Positions 1 through 12,466 of a DNA stretch of 63,109 bases are shown in pieces. Each line of letters opens with the position of its first letter. Position 1 is the first letter of the stretch. Source of the DNA: Octopus bimaculoides (Eukaryota); NCBI RefSeq assembly GCF_001194135.2, contig NC_068981.1, positions 37,242,804 to 37,305,912 of the forward strand. Direction: 5' to 3'. The notes below the pieces were generated by a model. The model saw only the letters and a program-made list of their open reading frames with translations. It was not told the DNA's origin and did not search any database. A program made the position numbers and the translations under genes.

Positions 1-60
1 TATATATATATATATATATATGCATGCATGTATGTATTTTATTATTATTATTTGTATTCA

Positions 61-279
61 ATGGTAGCGAGCTGGCAGAATCGTTAGAACGCCAAGCATA
101 ATGCTTAGTGGTAATTCGTCTTTCGCAACGTTCTCAGTTCAAAATTCCACTGAGGTTGACTTTTACTTTCATCCTTTTGGGGTCGATAAATTAAGTACCA
201 GTGAAATACTCGGGTCAATGAAATCGACTATCCTCCTCCCCCAAATTTCAGGTCTTGTGCTTATAGTAGAAAGGATTAT
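61..279 (+). mobile_element. tRNA-derived SINE, family A (Nin-domain-like core, (ATT)n tail)
   Basis: Head GGTAGCGAGCTGGCAGAATCGTTAG, B-box-like CTCAGTTCAAAATTCC, core CTTTCATCCTTTTGGGGTCGATAAATTAAGTACCAG and tail CTTATAGTAGAAAGGATTAT. The same layout recurs more than 12 times in the window. Confidence 0.85.
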
Positions 280-299
280 CATTTGTATTCACTTAACTG

Positions 300-665
300 A
301 TTTATTTATGTCTATGTCACGTCTCAGTTTTATTCCAAGGCTCTGAGACGCAACACTTTCTCATATACAGGAGTTGTTCCAAGTGTTGCTGCCATCTGAA
401 TACTCCCTAAGAAGTTTGGTATCTGCAACTTTTTATGCAAGAATATTATTCTATTTTTTTACAGATGGTTTCAAGTGCATCGATCACAATAGGTAGCAGA
501 CTTTTGAAACTCTATGGATACTTTCCACTTCCAATCCTAAGTCTCTGTACTCCCTGATATTCTCGCTCTCCGTCTTAACAATGGCTTGGTTTGCAAGTAA
601 AGCTACGTCAATGCAGATCCATTCTTTAGTCTCCTTCAGCAGGAGACTGGTATATGGTCGATTAT
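300..665 (-). pseudogene. R4/Dong-like non-LTR retrotransposon 3' remnant (restriction-like endonuclease domain)
   Basis: Minus strand reads RPYTSLLLKETKEWICIDVALLANQAIVKTESENIREYRDLGLEVESIHRV...LQIPNFLGSIQMAATLGTT. This is a degenerate RPD-(x)-D-(x)-K RLE motif plus the typical 'ILQKAALLGT' C-terminus, with frameshifts. Confidence 0.75.
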
Positions 666-730
666 GTAGCAGCTTTTTTGTCTGTATATAGTGGCTTATA
701 CTATGTGTTATTGTTATTATTATTATTCGA

Positions 731-952
731 AGGCGGTGACCTGGCAGAATCGTTAATGAGTCGGACAAAATGCTTAACGGTATTTCTCCTATCGCTACGT
801 TCTGAGTTCAAATTCTGCCGAGGTCAACTTTGCCTTTCATCCTTTTGGGGTCTATAAATTTAGCTCCAGTGAAACACTGGGGTCGATGTAATCGGCTAGT
901 CCCCTCCCACCAAAATTCCACGCCTTGTGTCTATAGTAGAAAGGATTATTAG
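731..952 (+). mobile_element. SINE family A, full length, with 10-bp target-site duplication
   Basis: Full head, core and tail. TATTATTCGA is present at 721-730 and 953-962. Confidence 0.9.
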
Positions 953-962
953 TATTATTCGA

Positions 963-1067
963 GGTCGACATTACGTTCATCCTTTCGGGGTCAATAAAAT
1001 AAGTCCCAGTTGAACATTGAGGTCAATGTAATCCAAAAATTGCTGTCCTTGTGGCAAAATTTGAAAC

Positions 1068-1128
<61 letters not shown>
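963..1128 (+). mobile_element. 5'-truncated SINE family A (alternative tail) plus (ATT)n
   Basis: Core TTCATCCTTTCGGGGTCAATAAAATAAGTCCCAG, tail AAATTGCTGTCCTTGTGGCAAAATTTGAAACC, then about 20 ATT units. Confidence 0.8.
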
Positions 1129-1130
<2 letters not shown>

Positions 1131-1729
1131 AATGTTTTGTAGTATTACTTTTGAGACTTTACATTCTATGTAGAACATATTTGTTTATTGAATGAGTCAG
1201 AGAGCTGCAAAATAGTTGATCCTGAAGCTGAGATAGATCTCTTAGAAGTATATGATTTCTCAATAAGAAATAGGAAATAGGTTCTTTGAGAATGCACGAA
1301 AGCAAAAAGAACAAGATCAATATCCAAGACACAAGGTTGTGTTAGAAAATGTAATTTGGGTCACACCAGTGAAGATGGTATCAGTTACATCATCATCACC
1401 ATCATCATCACTACCACCACCATCAGTGTCTGATGCCCATAAGAGATAATATCTCACTCACAGGTATGATGCCAATGAAAAAGAAATCTACAAATCTATC
1501 ACCTAGAAAGATTAACTTAAGTAAAAAATATTTCGCTAATACAGAAAATACAGGCCTAGAATGTAGGTGCATATCCACGATAAAGAATATTTGAGAACTT
1601 GCTTGAAATATATATCTGATTCAAGTATGGCAATCTTTGTGACTAGCCGAGACAGTCATATTCCATTGGAAACAGAATCCCTAAATAGATATTAAGATAC
1701 TGGATTACCACTGGATTTATGTTATTATA

Positions 1730-2205
1730 TACATACATGCACACGCACACACACACATATACATTCGTGTACACATACATATAGAAACTATATACATATA
1801 TATATACATGCACTATCTTATATGCTTTTGTATTTGTATATATATATATATACATATATATATATACATATANNNNNNNNNNNNNNNNNNNNNNNNNNNN
1901 NNNNNNNNNNNNNNNNNNNNNNNNNNNNNNNNNNNNNNNNNNNNNNNNNNNNNNNNNNNNNNNNNNNNNNNNNNNNNNNNNNNNNNNNNNNNNNNNNNNN
2001 NNNNNNNNNNNNNNNNNNNNNNNNNNNNNNNNNNNNNNNNNNNNNNNNNNNNNNNNNNNNNNNNNNNNNNNNNNNNNNNNNNNNNNNNNNNNNNNNNNNN
2101 NNNNNNNNNNNNNNNNNNNNNNNNNNNNNNNNNNNNNNNNNNNNNNNNNNNNNNNNNNNNNNNNNNNNNNNNNNNNNNNNNNNNNNATATATAATATAAT
2201 ATACA
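1730..2205. repeat. (CA)/(TA) microsatellites and assembly gap (N 1873-2186)
   Basis: Seen directly in the sequence. Confidence 0.95.
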
Positions 2206-2547
2206 AGGAGAAAAAAATATAAATGTAGTGGTCAGCGATCTATCATGAAGGAATGCCGGACAGAAGGTTCACACAGGAGAGCTAAGAAAAAGGGGAGATA
2301 ACAAAGGGGGAAAAAGTGGTGAACCCAAGACGAGAAGCTGCGTGTGTGAGAGAATGCTGGTGATCTTAACGTATGCATGTGTGTATGTAGGTGTGAAAAA
2401 GTGGGGTAGGGAGTTAGTCAGTGCTAGTGTGTGCGTGGTGGTGTGCTGTGGAGTGATGTGTTGTGTGATATGGTGTAGCGTGGTGTGATGTGAGAGTGTT
2501 GGGTGGTGGGGAAGGCGAAGGCTGGGGAGGCGAGAGTGGGGAAAGCA

Positions 2548-2970
2548 TGGTTGATTCTCCTTCAAGCATTTAGTAACGAAACCTAGTGCTCCAATTATTA
2601 TTGGTATGATATAGAAGCTGGAGGTTTCGGAGCAGTTGTTCATAGATAACGTCTTTTTCTTTGATTTTCAAAGAGATATTTTTATCTGTAAGGCAGTTGA
2701 CTTCTATGATGGTACATACCTTTGCCTCTCTGTCCAAAACAACAATATCTGTACTGTTATGCTTACAATTGACAGAAGTTTTGATGGGAATATTCCACCA
2801 GTATTCCTTGAGTTGCTGTTTATGAATGTATTCCATAACAAAGAGATTTTCTAAGTTTATTTCAGGACAGTCCATTTTTGTGTATGGCATTGAAAGTTAT
2901 TTTAGCAACATCATGTTGCATAGGGAGGTAGAAGCGTGATGACATTTTAGGACAGCTGCTAATCAGATGC
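2548..2970 (-). pseudogene. R4/Dong-like LINE remnant (end of CCHC knuckle plus RLE)
   Basis: HLISSCPKMSSRFYLPMQHDV...EYWWNIPIKTSVNCKHNSTDIVVLDREAKVCTIIEVNCLTDKNISLKIKEKDVIYEQLLRNLQLLY...IIPIIIGALGFVTKCLKEN, spread across frameshifts. Confidence 0.8.
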
Positions 2971-3019
2971 GTAATGTATGTATGTATGCGTGGATTTATG
3001 TGAGTATGCATGGGAGTAC

Positions 3020-3210
3020 AAAGGCTAAAATTTGGGAGTAGGGGTTTAGTTGACTTACATCGAACTGCAGTGCTCAAACTGGTACATTGGTCTAGGAAGG
3101 ATGAAAGGAGAAATTGATCTTGGCAAATTTGAACTCGGAACATAAAGTGCCAGAGAAAATGCCGCTAAGCATTATTGTCTGATGTGATAATGATTCTGCC
3201 AGCTCACTGA
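3020..3210 (-). mobile_element. SINE family A, diverged
   Basis: Reverse complement of the head (GATTCTGCCAGCTCAC), GGATGAAAGG core and tail. Confidence 0.75.
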
Positions 3211-3899
3211 CTTACTAAAGGTGAATGTAATGAATATCAAAATAATCTCTTCAATTGGTAATGGTTAAGAGGGCAGTACAACTTAACACACTGTTATTTT
3301 TCATGCCCTCTCTTCTGTCCACCAGCTTCTCTTGAGCCAAATAATTTGTTATATATATATCTACATATCAAACTATGAAGATATGTATATTTAGCAAATA
3401 ATAACACTATATGACATGAGTTCAGAGCTATTTGTATTTCACAAGTAATTACAGCATTGCATCAGCAATTCACTCTTTGTATAAAGATGAATTCCAATTT
3501 TTTACTCGGGGACTTCGACCAAAAATTATTATTGGAAAATCACGTGATAATCAATAAATTTCAATATTAGCCTATTGAGTATGGGGGAGGATAAAATGTG
3601 GAATAAAATAATAAAATATTGTGAAATCGATTAGAATAAATGCATATATAAGAATATACATAAACATATAATAAAAATATAATTACGCACACACACACAC
3701 ACACACACACGCTCATACAAGCATACACATTCATATACACTGGAGTCCACAAGTACATACACAAATGTAAATTAACATGTATATTGTATACATACGAATT
3801 CATTCACATATAAATACCTATATAAATACATACATGTACACACATACGTCCACATATGAACATATATAAAAACCTTTACACACATATAAATGCATGCCA

Positions 3900-4155
3900 A
3901 TACATATATATGTGTGCATGTATGTGTATATGTATATGTATATCTATCTATCTATCCATCTAATCTATCTATCTATCTATCTATCTATAAATATATATAT
4001 ACGTCTTATATATATATATATTATATATAGATATACATATAAATATATATAGATATATATATATATGTATATGCATATGCATATATATATATATATGTAT
4101 ATATATATATGTATATGCATATATATGTATGCGTATATTTATATATATGTATATA

Positions 4156-4240
<85 letters not shown>
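3900..4240. repeat. Compound (TATC)/(TA)/(TG) microsatellite block
   Basis: Seen directly. Source of the spurious YIYI ORFs. Confidence 0.95.
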
Positions 4241-6070
4241 TCCCCCTACACAAACATACTTATATGTAGGTTTGCATATATAAAATTATAAAGAAATATC
4301 AAAAAATTTACATGAGTTAAGAGTGAGAACATGAATGTAGGATCTAACATTCGTTGAAAATAGGGAAAATGATGAATGACTTGAGAGTGTAGCTTTCTCG
4401 TATTTGCATATGTATATATACTAACGCTAATCTAATTTGCTCACTTGCATGTGTGTGTGTATGAATATATACACATTCGAGCAAATCCATTTATACAGAT
4501 ATATGCAGACATTTACGTATGTCCGTATGTCTACAAGTACACTTGTACAGATGCAAGCATTCTTATAAATATATGTAAAATGCGTACACACACATATTCA
4601 TAATGCAAGCATATGCATAAATATATATGTACATGCATAAACATATGCATACACACACACTTATGCATACACACACATACACACACACACACATATATAG
4701 AACAAAAAATCACACAAAATAATTCAAAACTTTTTGAACATATAATATACATTTATCCATTTTTGTACACATATACAAGGACATATAGGCATTTACAAAT
4801 ACGTACATGTGGAGTTACATAGACATAGTACATGCATTATTAATAAAATGTGATTTTCTGTCTATATTGACGGCTCCAGCATAGAAGTTTAAGCCTTAAA
4901 AAGTGTCTTAGTAGCATATAAATACATATCTTTGCATATCAAATAAAAGAATGTGCCTAAACATATGAAAGAATCATAAATATGACAAGCATGTAAGTAT
5001 AGAATAGATGTGCTATGATGTTATATAGAATTAGGAGTGAAGCAGGTGGTTGTGTGAAAAAACTTGGCAAGTACAACAAAGGTGTAAAATAAAAAGAGGG
5101 TTTGCATAAAAATACTTGAAAAATAACCAAGGTTCATATAGCAACCCTATTAAGAAATAGGGAATATATAAACAAATTATACAGTGGAAAGTTTTTAGAG
5201 TATATGCAATCGGTTGATGTACTTATAGGCAATTGAATAGATTTAAAACTGGGGTACAAAACATTGATTTTACCTAAACATTTACTCCATGCTTTTATGT
5301 CTTTTGATAGAAAGGAATAAAAGCAATGAGTAAATGTTATGCGAAAGTAATATGGCAATACACCAGACTTTTTTTTATAGCCTTACAATATCAAATGGTT
5401 AGTAACTTGAAGAATTTTAGGACAAATTTCCTTTGGTGAGAGCTTGAAGAAATCAGCTCCAATTTAGAATTTAACACTTTAAAAATCTGTGTTTAGTACA
5501 TAATTTTTATTATTATTATTCAAAGGGGGACATAGGACCATTGATATATGCTTGAGCAGTTTCAATAATCGACAAGAGAATTTTGCAGTTGGGGATATCT
5601 ATTTCCATTTAAGTTCCAGATGTATTTCAAGAGTGTTTTTGTGTAAATTTTTTATCTCCATACATAAATATGCGTGTATACTAAGTATATTTGGAATTAA
5701 AGCACTCTAATACCTCCCCAAAAATCTTAACACATGTCTAAATAAAAAATTCTGCAAATGAATATCATATGTATGTTTGTGTGTATTCGTATGGGAATAT
5801 TCTGACATATGTATTTTCATTCATACTGTTTGATTTCACTGTTTTATTCTTATTTTATTTCACACTCCCCAATTAACAGGCAAACACTGAAATTTATTGA
5901 CTATGACATGATTTTCCAATAACAATGCTTGATCAAAGATTTTGGAAATCATTGTAATTGATCTTCTCTATAAAGAGTGAGCTTATGCTTTCCAAGTTAT
6001 TTTGATAAGTATAATGCATGTAAATCTTGGTCCTTGAATCACTTATGTAGTTTTTGACTTAATTAAATAT

Positions 6071-6220
6071 CATCATCATCATCGTTTAACGTCCGCTTTC
6101 CATGCTAGCATGGGTTGGACGATTTGACTGAGGACAGGTGAAACCGGGGCAACACCAGGCTCCAATCTAAATTTGGCAGAGTTTCTACAGCTGGATGCCC
6201 TTCCTAACGCCAACCACTCA
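6071..6220 (-). mobile_element. Non-autonomous RTE-derived element, 3' part
   Basis: Minus strand reads GTGGTTGGCGTTAGGAAGGGCATCCAGCTGTAGAAAC...CCAACCCATGCTAGCATGGAAAGCGGACGTTAAACGATGATGATG. Same family as 12515, 27320, 29808 and 42730. The RTE origin is inferred from the tail type. Confidence 0.7.
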
Positions 6221-6523
6221 TATATGTATATATGTACGTAGGTACGTATGTATGTATGTAAGTATGTATGTATGTATGTATGTATGTATGTATGTATGTA
6301 TATATGTATGGATGTATGCATAAACTTTTCTAATACAAAGTCAGCCCTTTATCAGAAACTGAAGAAACTGATAGAATTATATCTATTGGTTTTGAAATCG
6401 TTGTAATTTCATACATATGTATATCATACAAGCACATTTGTGTCAGTATGTTTGTTAAGCTTCCTGCAAACAGATTCTACTGCACATTCTTGAAACCATA
6501 TTGTAGATATTTCAGTCATTCAC

Positions 6524-6616
6524 CGTCCTTAAATGTCAGTTTAAAAAGCATTAATGACATAGCTGCCAATCTATCTTCTCTGGAGTCAGTTTGACTGATC
6601 ACCCATCGATGGATAT
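6524..6616 (-). CDS. Candidate internal exon of an unidentified gene (phase 1 to 1)
   Basis: AG acceptor, GTGAAT donor, 93 nt with an open frame (D)IHRWVISQTDSREDRLAAMSLMLFKLTFKD. Not in a recognisable repeat. Protein not recognised. Confidence 0.25.
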
Positions 6617-7404
6617 CTTTTATTGATAAAGGTCAATAAATTGATACCATCGCACCCATTCATACAATAAATATTTACCCTGTATATTTACACACACATA
6701 CACACATACACTTATATGTGTTGCGCATGAATGGTTTATAGTTTATGTTGAACATCTTCATCGTTTCTGTGTAAATGTGGTGTGGCTAGCTTGAAAACAG
6801 AACATGAATCGAACTGGAAATACTCATATATATTAATATAGAGATCAACAGACTCATAAATTGAAAAGTGGATCAGCCGATTGATTGAATATATAGTTTT
6901 ATTGTTAAAGTGATGAATGTAGTGATAATTGTAAGGTTATATCAGATCTTTGATGATGAAAGTTTGCTACAAATCCACATTATTCAAATTTTGTTTATAT
7001 TGTTGCTGCTGCCATTAATTTCTTTTGTTCTTTTATTTATATGATGTGATTTTTTTTTTTGTTCTGTATTTATTTTTTTCCAATATTTTCTTTCAAACTA
7101 GTTGTCGTGAACTGTCCAAGCTTGAAACCTCCAGCCAAAGTACAACAACGGCAAAAAGAAACAAAAAAAAAAAAGGGGGGAAATAGAAGAAAAGGAATTA
7201 GAATCAAACAAAAATTCAATATTTCATTCTTTTTATCCAAAGAACTACAAAAGGTTTTCAAGGTATTATTATATTCTCACTAACAGCCAACTAATATAAC
7301 GATACGGTCAGCCACATAATGTTTCATTAATAGTAAGTACATATGAGACAAACATTGCAATGATATTCATATTTTAATGTTTAGCACAGTATATTAAGAA
7401 ACTG

Positions 7405-7611
7405 AATATATATATAAATACAAATATATATATTCATATATATATATATATATATACACACACACGCACATATATACACATATGTATATGTCTCTATGTA
7501 TGTATGTATACATATACATACATACATATATACATATACATACATATATATATACATATATACATACATACATACATACATATACATACATATATATATA
7601 TACATATATAC

Positions 7612-7680
<69 letters not shown>
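7405..7680. repeat. (TA)/(TACA) microsatellite block
   Basis: Seen directly. Confidence 0.95.
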
Positions 7681-7681
<1 letters not shown>

Positions 7682-8420
7682 GCCTTATGAACTTATGCTG
7701 ATGAATTACACTGTTAAGCAGTTCAGCTCCTACTAACTTTGTCCAAATCTCTTTTGTGATGTCGAAGGAAGTCAAGTAATAATCTTGTAACTGGTTATTG
7801 GTTAATTAGAAATCGTTCATAAACTGAAATAGTTCAAAGTTTATTTTGAAAGTAAAAATGTGTCATTAACTAGGAGTTATTTTGGGAAGTAACTTAGATC
7901 TTTATAGCCATTGGTATAAAGTAAATTTCTTTAATTCTTTGAAGTAGGAAGTTGGATAAGAACCAAAATATTTCTCATATACATACTTACACACGCATAT
8001 ACTTGGTTTTAATATATTATATACATGCATACATACATTCATACATATATGTATATATATATATCATATACATACATACATATATATTTGTATGTATATG
8101 TCATTTATTTATTACTTCCCTCAAAACAAAAAAGCAAGATTCAGATATAGTTTAAGATAAAGACTAAGAACAAAGTATTATTAGTGTTTGAATAAAGTAA
8201 CTTTTTAAGCTAAAAAAATCTTGAACATTTTCCCATTATGTCTTTCATGCCCGTTGCATTTTATTGCATTTTTTATTTCACAGATACTTGGTTGTGGTTG
8301 TCTCCCTTATCTCACTGTATTTTGGTCTTTGGCAAGGTTCATTACTCCAGAACACTCAGTTTGTTTAGTTGAACAATGAAGTATATAATCGTTTAACACT
8401 TATGTGATTATCCTACCAAG

Positions 8421-8476
8421 AGCATTCAGAAGATACTTTAAGGAAAATGTCAACATTTGAAGAATATTATAAGAAG
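8421..8476 (+). CDS. Candidate exon of an unidentified gene
   Basis: CCTACCAAG acceptor, AAG/GTATGA donor, open frame HSEDTLRKMSTFEEYYKK. Confidence 0.2.
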
Positions 8477-9105
8477 GTATGATAACATTAAAATGTAAGC
8501 AAGAATTATTTTTAATTAAAAGTATAATTTGCTCATAATAGAAAACTAGATTGTTAAGATCTTCTCCCCATTTCCTGCAATAAAATCTATGATCTGTCTC
8601 TAAGTAAAACCTCTTCAAGAATAAATATTTGTGGTCTGTTCTTCACAAATCTAATTTGTAATCTTATATATGGCAAACACATTGGTGGAAGCCAGAAAGT
8701 TTCCCAACATTACACTCAATCTGTAAAATATGTGAAATTGTGAAATTTGGATGTCTTTTTTGTAAATTGTTTGTACAGAAATAGTTTCATAAGTTTGAAG
8801 CTCTCCATTCCCATTTGTCACTCTATGTCATTTGAACTGACAACTGTTGTCAAATCCTCAAATAAGTTAAATCTTAATGGAAATATCTATGAGATATCAG
8901 AATACTCTAGATAACTAATGAAGTTGCTGTTGTTTTAGCTTCATGTTAGCCCTGAACCAGTGGGCCTATGATTAAAAGTGTTTCAATCATGACATCATGT
9001 CTTTTATTTGCCACATTATCCAATATGTTCTTATATTCTTCTTATAAAAAAGATAGTAGTGTGTAATTAAAGAAAAATATGGAATTTTGATTCTGTCTTT
9101 GGCAG

Positions 9106-9228
9106 GTATATTGACTCCGTAGACGTCTGTTCATTGACTCCATTAAATCATATGACTTGGTAGAATCGCCTTTGTTGCTATGTATAAAGATGTAATCCGA
9201 AGAAACATAACAGGAAATCTCAAATGCA
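9106..9228 (+). CDS. Candidate 5'UTR plus start-codon exon
   Basis: Strong acceptor TTCTGTCTTTGGCAG and donor GCA/GTAAGT. The first part has stops in all frames. ATG at 9180 gives MYKDVIRRNITGNLKC up to the donor. Confidence 0.3.
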
Positions 9229-9756
9229 GTAAGTACCAAAGTAACTAGCGAGATGGTTTCATCAATACAAATCACATGAAACAAAACAGCTGCTAAATTT
9301 TTATCATAATGAATTCAAATGGATTGTTAGTAGAATCTATAAAGTAACATACAATAATTTGTTATAGAATATCGTTAATTTCTCAACCTCAAAGTTTATT
9401 ATTTTCATTGTCCTGCACTGATATTAGGACACCTGTTTTATTCATATTGAGGTTTCCATTTTATGATCTAGTTCAATGTATCTGGTATCCAATATTTTAC
9501 TCATAATAATTGGGCCAATTTCATTATACAATTTATATATATTTGCAATTTAGACTCAAGTCAACAGATTTGTACTTATCTACAACTCAACTTTATATTG
9601 GTAAATGAATAAGATATTATTCTAGTAATTCTGTCATATATCATTTTTGTAAACAACTTTATGCTTAAGGCAGAATTTCTAACAAATTACTCTCTCAACT
9701 CATAGATTCTAAGTTCACAAATTAATAAAAGTACTCTATAGTATATATATACATAT

Positions 9757-9798
<42 letters not shown>

Positions 9799-9899
9799 CA
9801 CACACACACACACAACACACACACACACATAAAAGCACCCACACATACACATATTTATACACATAAAATACATACATATACGGTCTTTAAATTTAAATC

Positions 9900-10140
9900 A
9901 AGATCAACTTTGATGCTATGAAAAGCCAGAGATAATCCTTCTATCTGCTATATGAAGCAGCTAAAAAATTCTTGAATGAAGATTCCTCAAGCTAAAATCA
10001 CTTTATGGCAAGACAATTTTGGCAACAAGCATTTTCATTTGCAAAAAATGGCTATCACATATAGTATTTGCTATTCCAACTCGTGATGCTAATTGATCTT
10101 CTCAAAACATTGAGAATCATAAAAAATCTGAAATAATAGA
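9900..10140 (+). pseudogene. Possible hAT transposase C-terminal (dimerisation) remnant
   Basis: KKWLSHIVFAIPTRDAN*SSQNIENH loosely resembles the hAT 'LAIPxSSAxxERxFS' segment. Heavily decayed. Confidence 0.3.
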
Positions 10141-10399
10141 AATCAAAAATAATGTAAGCAAACCATTTCTGCCATCACTAAATTCTTATATATCTTTACA
10201 TGCAACTGATTACACAGAGAAGACTGTGGAATATATTCAATTTAAGAACATTTTGAAACCACAATTTGTAAAATAATTTTTTCACTTTTCCTAAGCTATC
10301 ATTGAGTGAGAGATTACTTTTAGTGTGATTAAAGAGAAGGTTAACTGGTCTCATGTTAAAAGTTGTCAATAATGTTGCTGGTGAGCACATGGAATCATG

Positions 10400-12010
10400 T
10401 GATGTTAATTACTGGACAATTTATATCACAGCTGCTATTATTCTTAAAGAACATCTAGAGAAACCTACAGTGCATGTGTTAATGAAATTATTAATCAGAA
10501 GCAAACCTAAGTAGAAACAAAACTTGAAGAAATTATCAATAATAAGCATCACTATATAGGATATTTAACCATAATAATAAAATGTTAGGGGAATAATGAG
10601 CTCATTATTTACATCTTATGAAAAATTAAGTCTGTGGTGACTCTTCATGCCAAGCTCTTGAGGGAAAGCTAATTACTTTAAAGCATGAACTCAGAATGCT
10701 AAGCAGAAAATTTCATTATCATAGAAACATTGTTGAGCAAGTCATTATAAATCACAAGTTTGCTTCCAATCCACATCCATTATACTGGGAGATGAGAAAG
10801 AAAAGCATTACCATTAACAAATCCCCATTTCAGTAACTTGAATAACTTTGGTCTTAAAGGTCTGGAATGTAAAGAGAGATTTGAAACAGAATGCATCGTG
10901 GCTAAATGCAATTAAGAAAAAATACTGAACTAGCATTAGCAGTAAAACATACACAATTAAACATTTAATTTTCATCATATGGGTAGGCAAACTAAATAAT
11001 GGTAAAGCACTCAAGGGATACCTAATAGCCAGATACTGATACAAAAGACTGACTTACCAAAAGCCATTGATCATATCTACAAAATGAATACAGAAGGCCA
11101 GTTTGACATATCAAACTAGCTTGCTACAGCATATATAACCAAGAATGAAACCATCAACTTGGCAGAAAAAACTATAGGCTCATTGCTTGACTCGACACTT
11201 TATACAAGCTTTATGTAAGCTGCCTTAACCAATTCCTCTAGGATCATTGTGAGGCCAACAACATAGTAACTGACAAACAGGCAGGTGGAAAGAAGAGAGT
11301 GCAGGGATATGCTGAACAATTTTTGTTAAAAAAGTTGTGCAATCCAAAGTAAGAAAACTTCACAGGGTTCTTGTTATAATATGGCTTGATTAAAGGAAAG
11401 CATTCAACTCTATTCCTCAGTCATGTTTGCTGAAGTCTCTGAACTTAATAAAAGTATCTGCTATCTTAGTCACAGTCATTGAGAGTCTCATAAAAACATG
11501 GGCAATAATCCTCACACTTAGAACTGAGAGTGGAACAATTCTCTCTGATTTTACAAATATTTCAAAGGGAAAATTCCTAGGAGATAATCTTTCTGTACTT
11601 TTCTTATTTTGGCATGAAATTCATTATCATTTCTATTATAAAAGTCTAATGGTTACATGCAACTGCTAAAGATACCAATGTAACTCATATTTCTTCGTGG
11701 AGGTTTATGCTAAAAATGTTTACAATCCNNNNNNNNNNAAACTGGACTTAACATTTTCAACTGATAGAAATAGAATTTGACCAAAAGATGCATTCATATT
11801 TTATTGTTGAACATGGAAAACTAGTCCCCTAAATCCAGAAACTGAATTAATGGTTTCTTTATCTCTCCTGTTCTACACAAAAAGACTACAACTACAAAGG
11901 TATTGATGAAAATATTTCATACAATGGTGCTGTGAACAAAGATAGAATGACCTGAGAATATTACACTAAATTGAGAACAGTCGAAACTTTCTTCAACATC
12001 TATACCCAGA
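10400..12010 (+). pseudogene. R4/Dong-like LINE reverse transcriptase remnant
   Basis: KNETINLAEKNYRLIA*LDTLYKLY...DHCEANNIVTDKQAGGKKRVQG...LKSLNLIKVSAILVTVIESLIKTWAIILTLRTESGTILSDFTNISKGKFLGDNLS (degenerate KGIFQGDSLS). Continues after the 10-N gap with GIDENISYNGAVNKDR. Confidence 0.75.
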
Positions 12011-12466
12011 TTACTGGTGAAATTTGTTTTATTAGTAAATGCCTAGGTAACAAATTGGTAAAGCTTGAGTTTTCAAATAAAAAAAAATCAAACAGCTCAG
12101 ACGCATATTACAAATACAGTCTGTAAGCAGAACACTGTATGTATGCTACATGTGACATTGTTTTTCTTGCTGAAACAATGGGCCTTTGTATCTTTGCTAG
12201 AAACCAGCACCTATCTCATAGGAAGACTTCAAAGAATTAAATATGGAATATAGTTGCCATATTCCTTTCCATAACTCTAATGAGTGTAAGGTTATATAAC
12301 TGGATTGTTACCTAACATTTTGTTGTATTTCTAGCATGAAACCGATAGGTAAGACCACCTATGATGGATATATAATACTGTACATTTCAGATAATATATA
12401 TAAATATATATCTTATATTGTATTATATTATGTATGTATGTATACATTTTTGCATGTATGTATGAA

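Noticed and set aside
2495-2545. G-quadruplex candidate
   Set aside because: Four G-tracts but loops of 10-12 nt in low-complexity DNA, with nothing to indicate function.
5093-5388. Mariner-type MITE
   Set aside because: The putative TIRs match each other too poorly to support a call.
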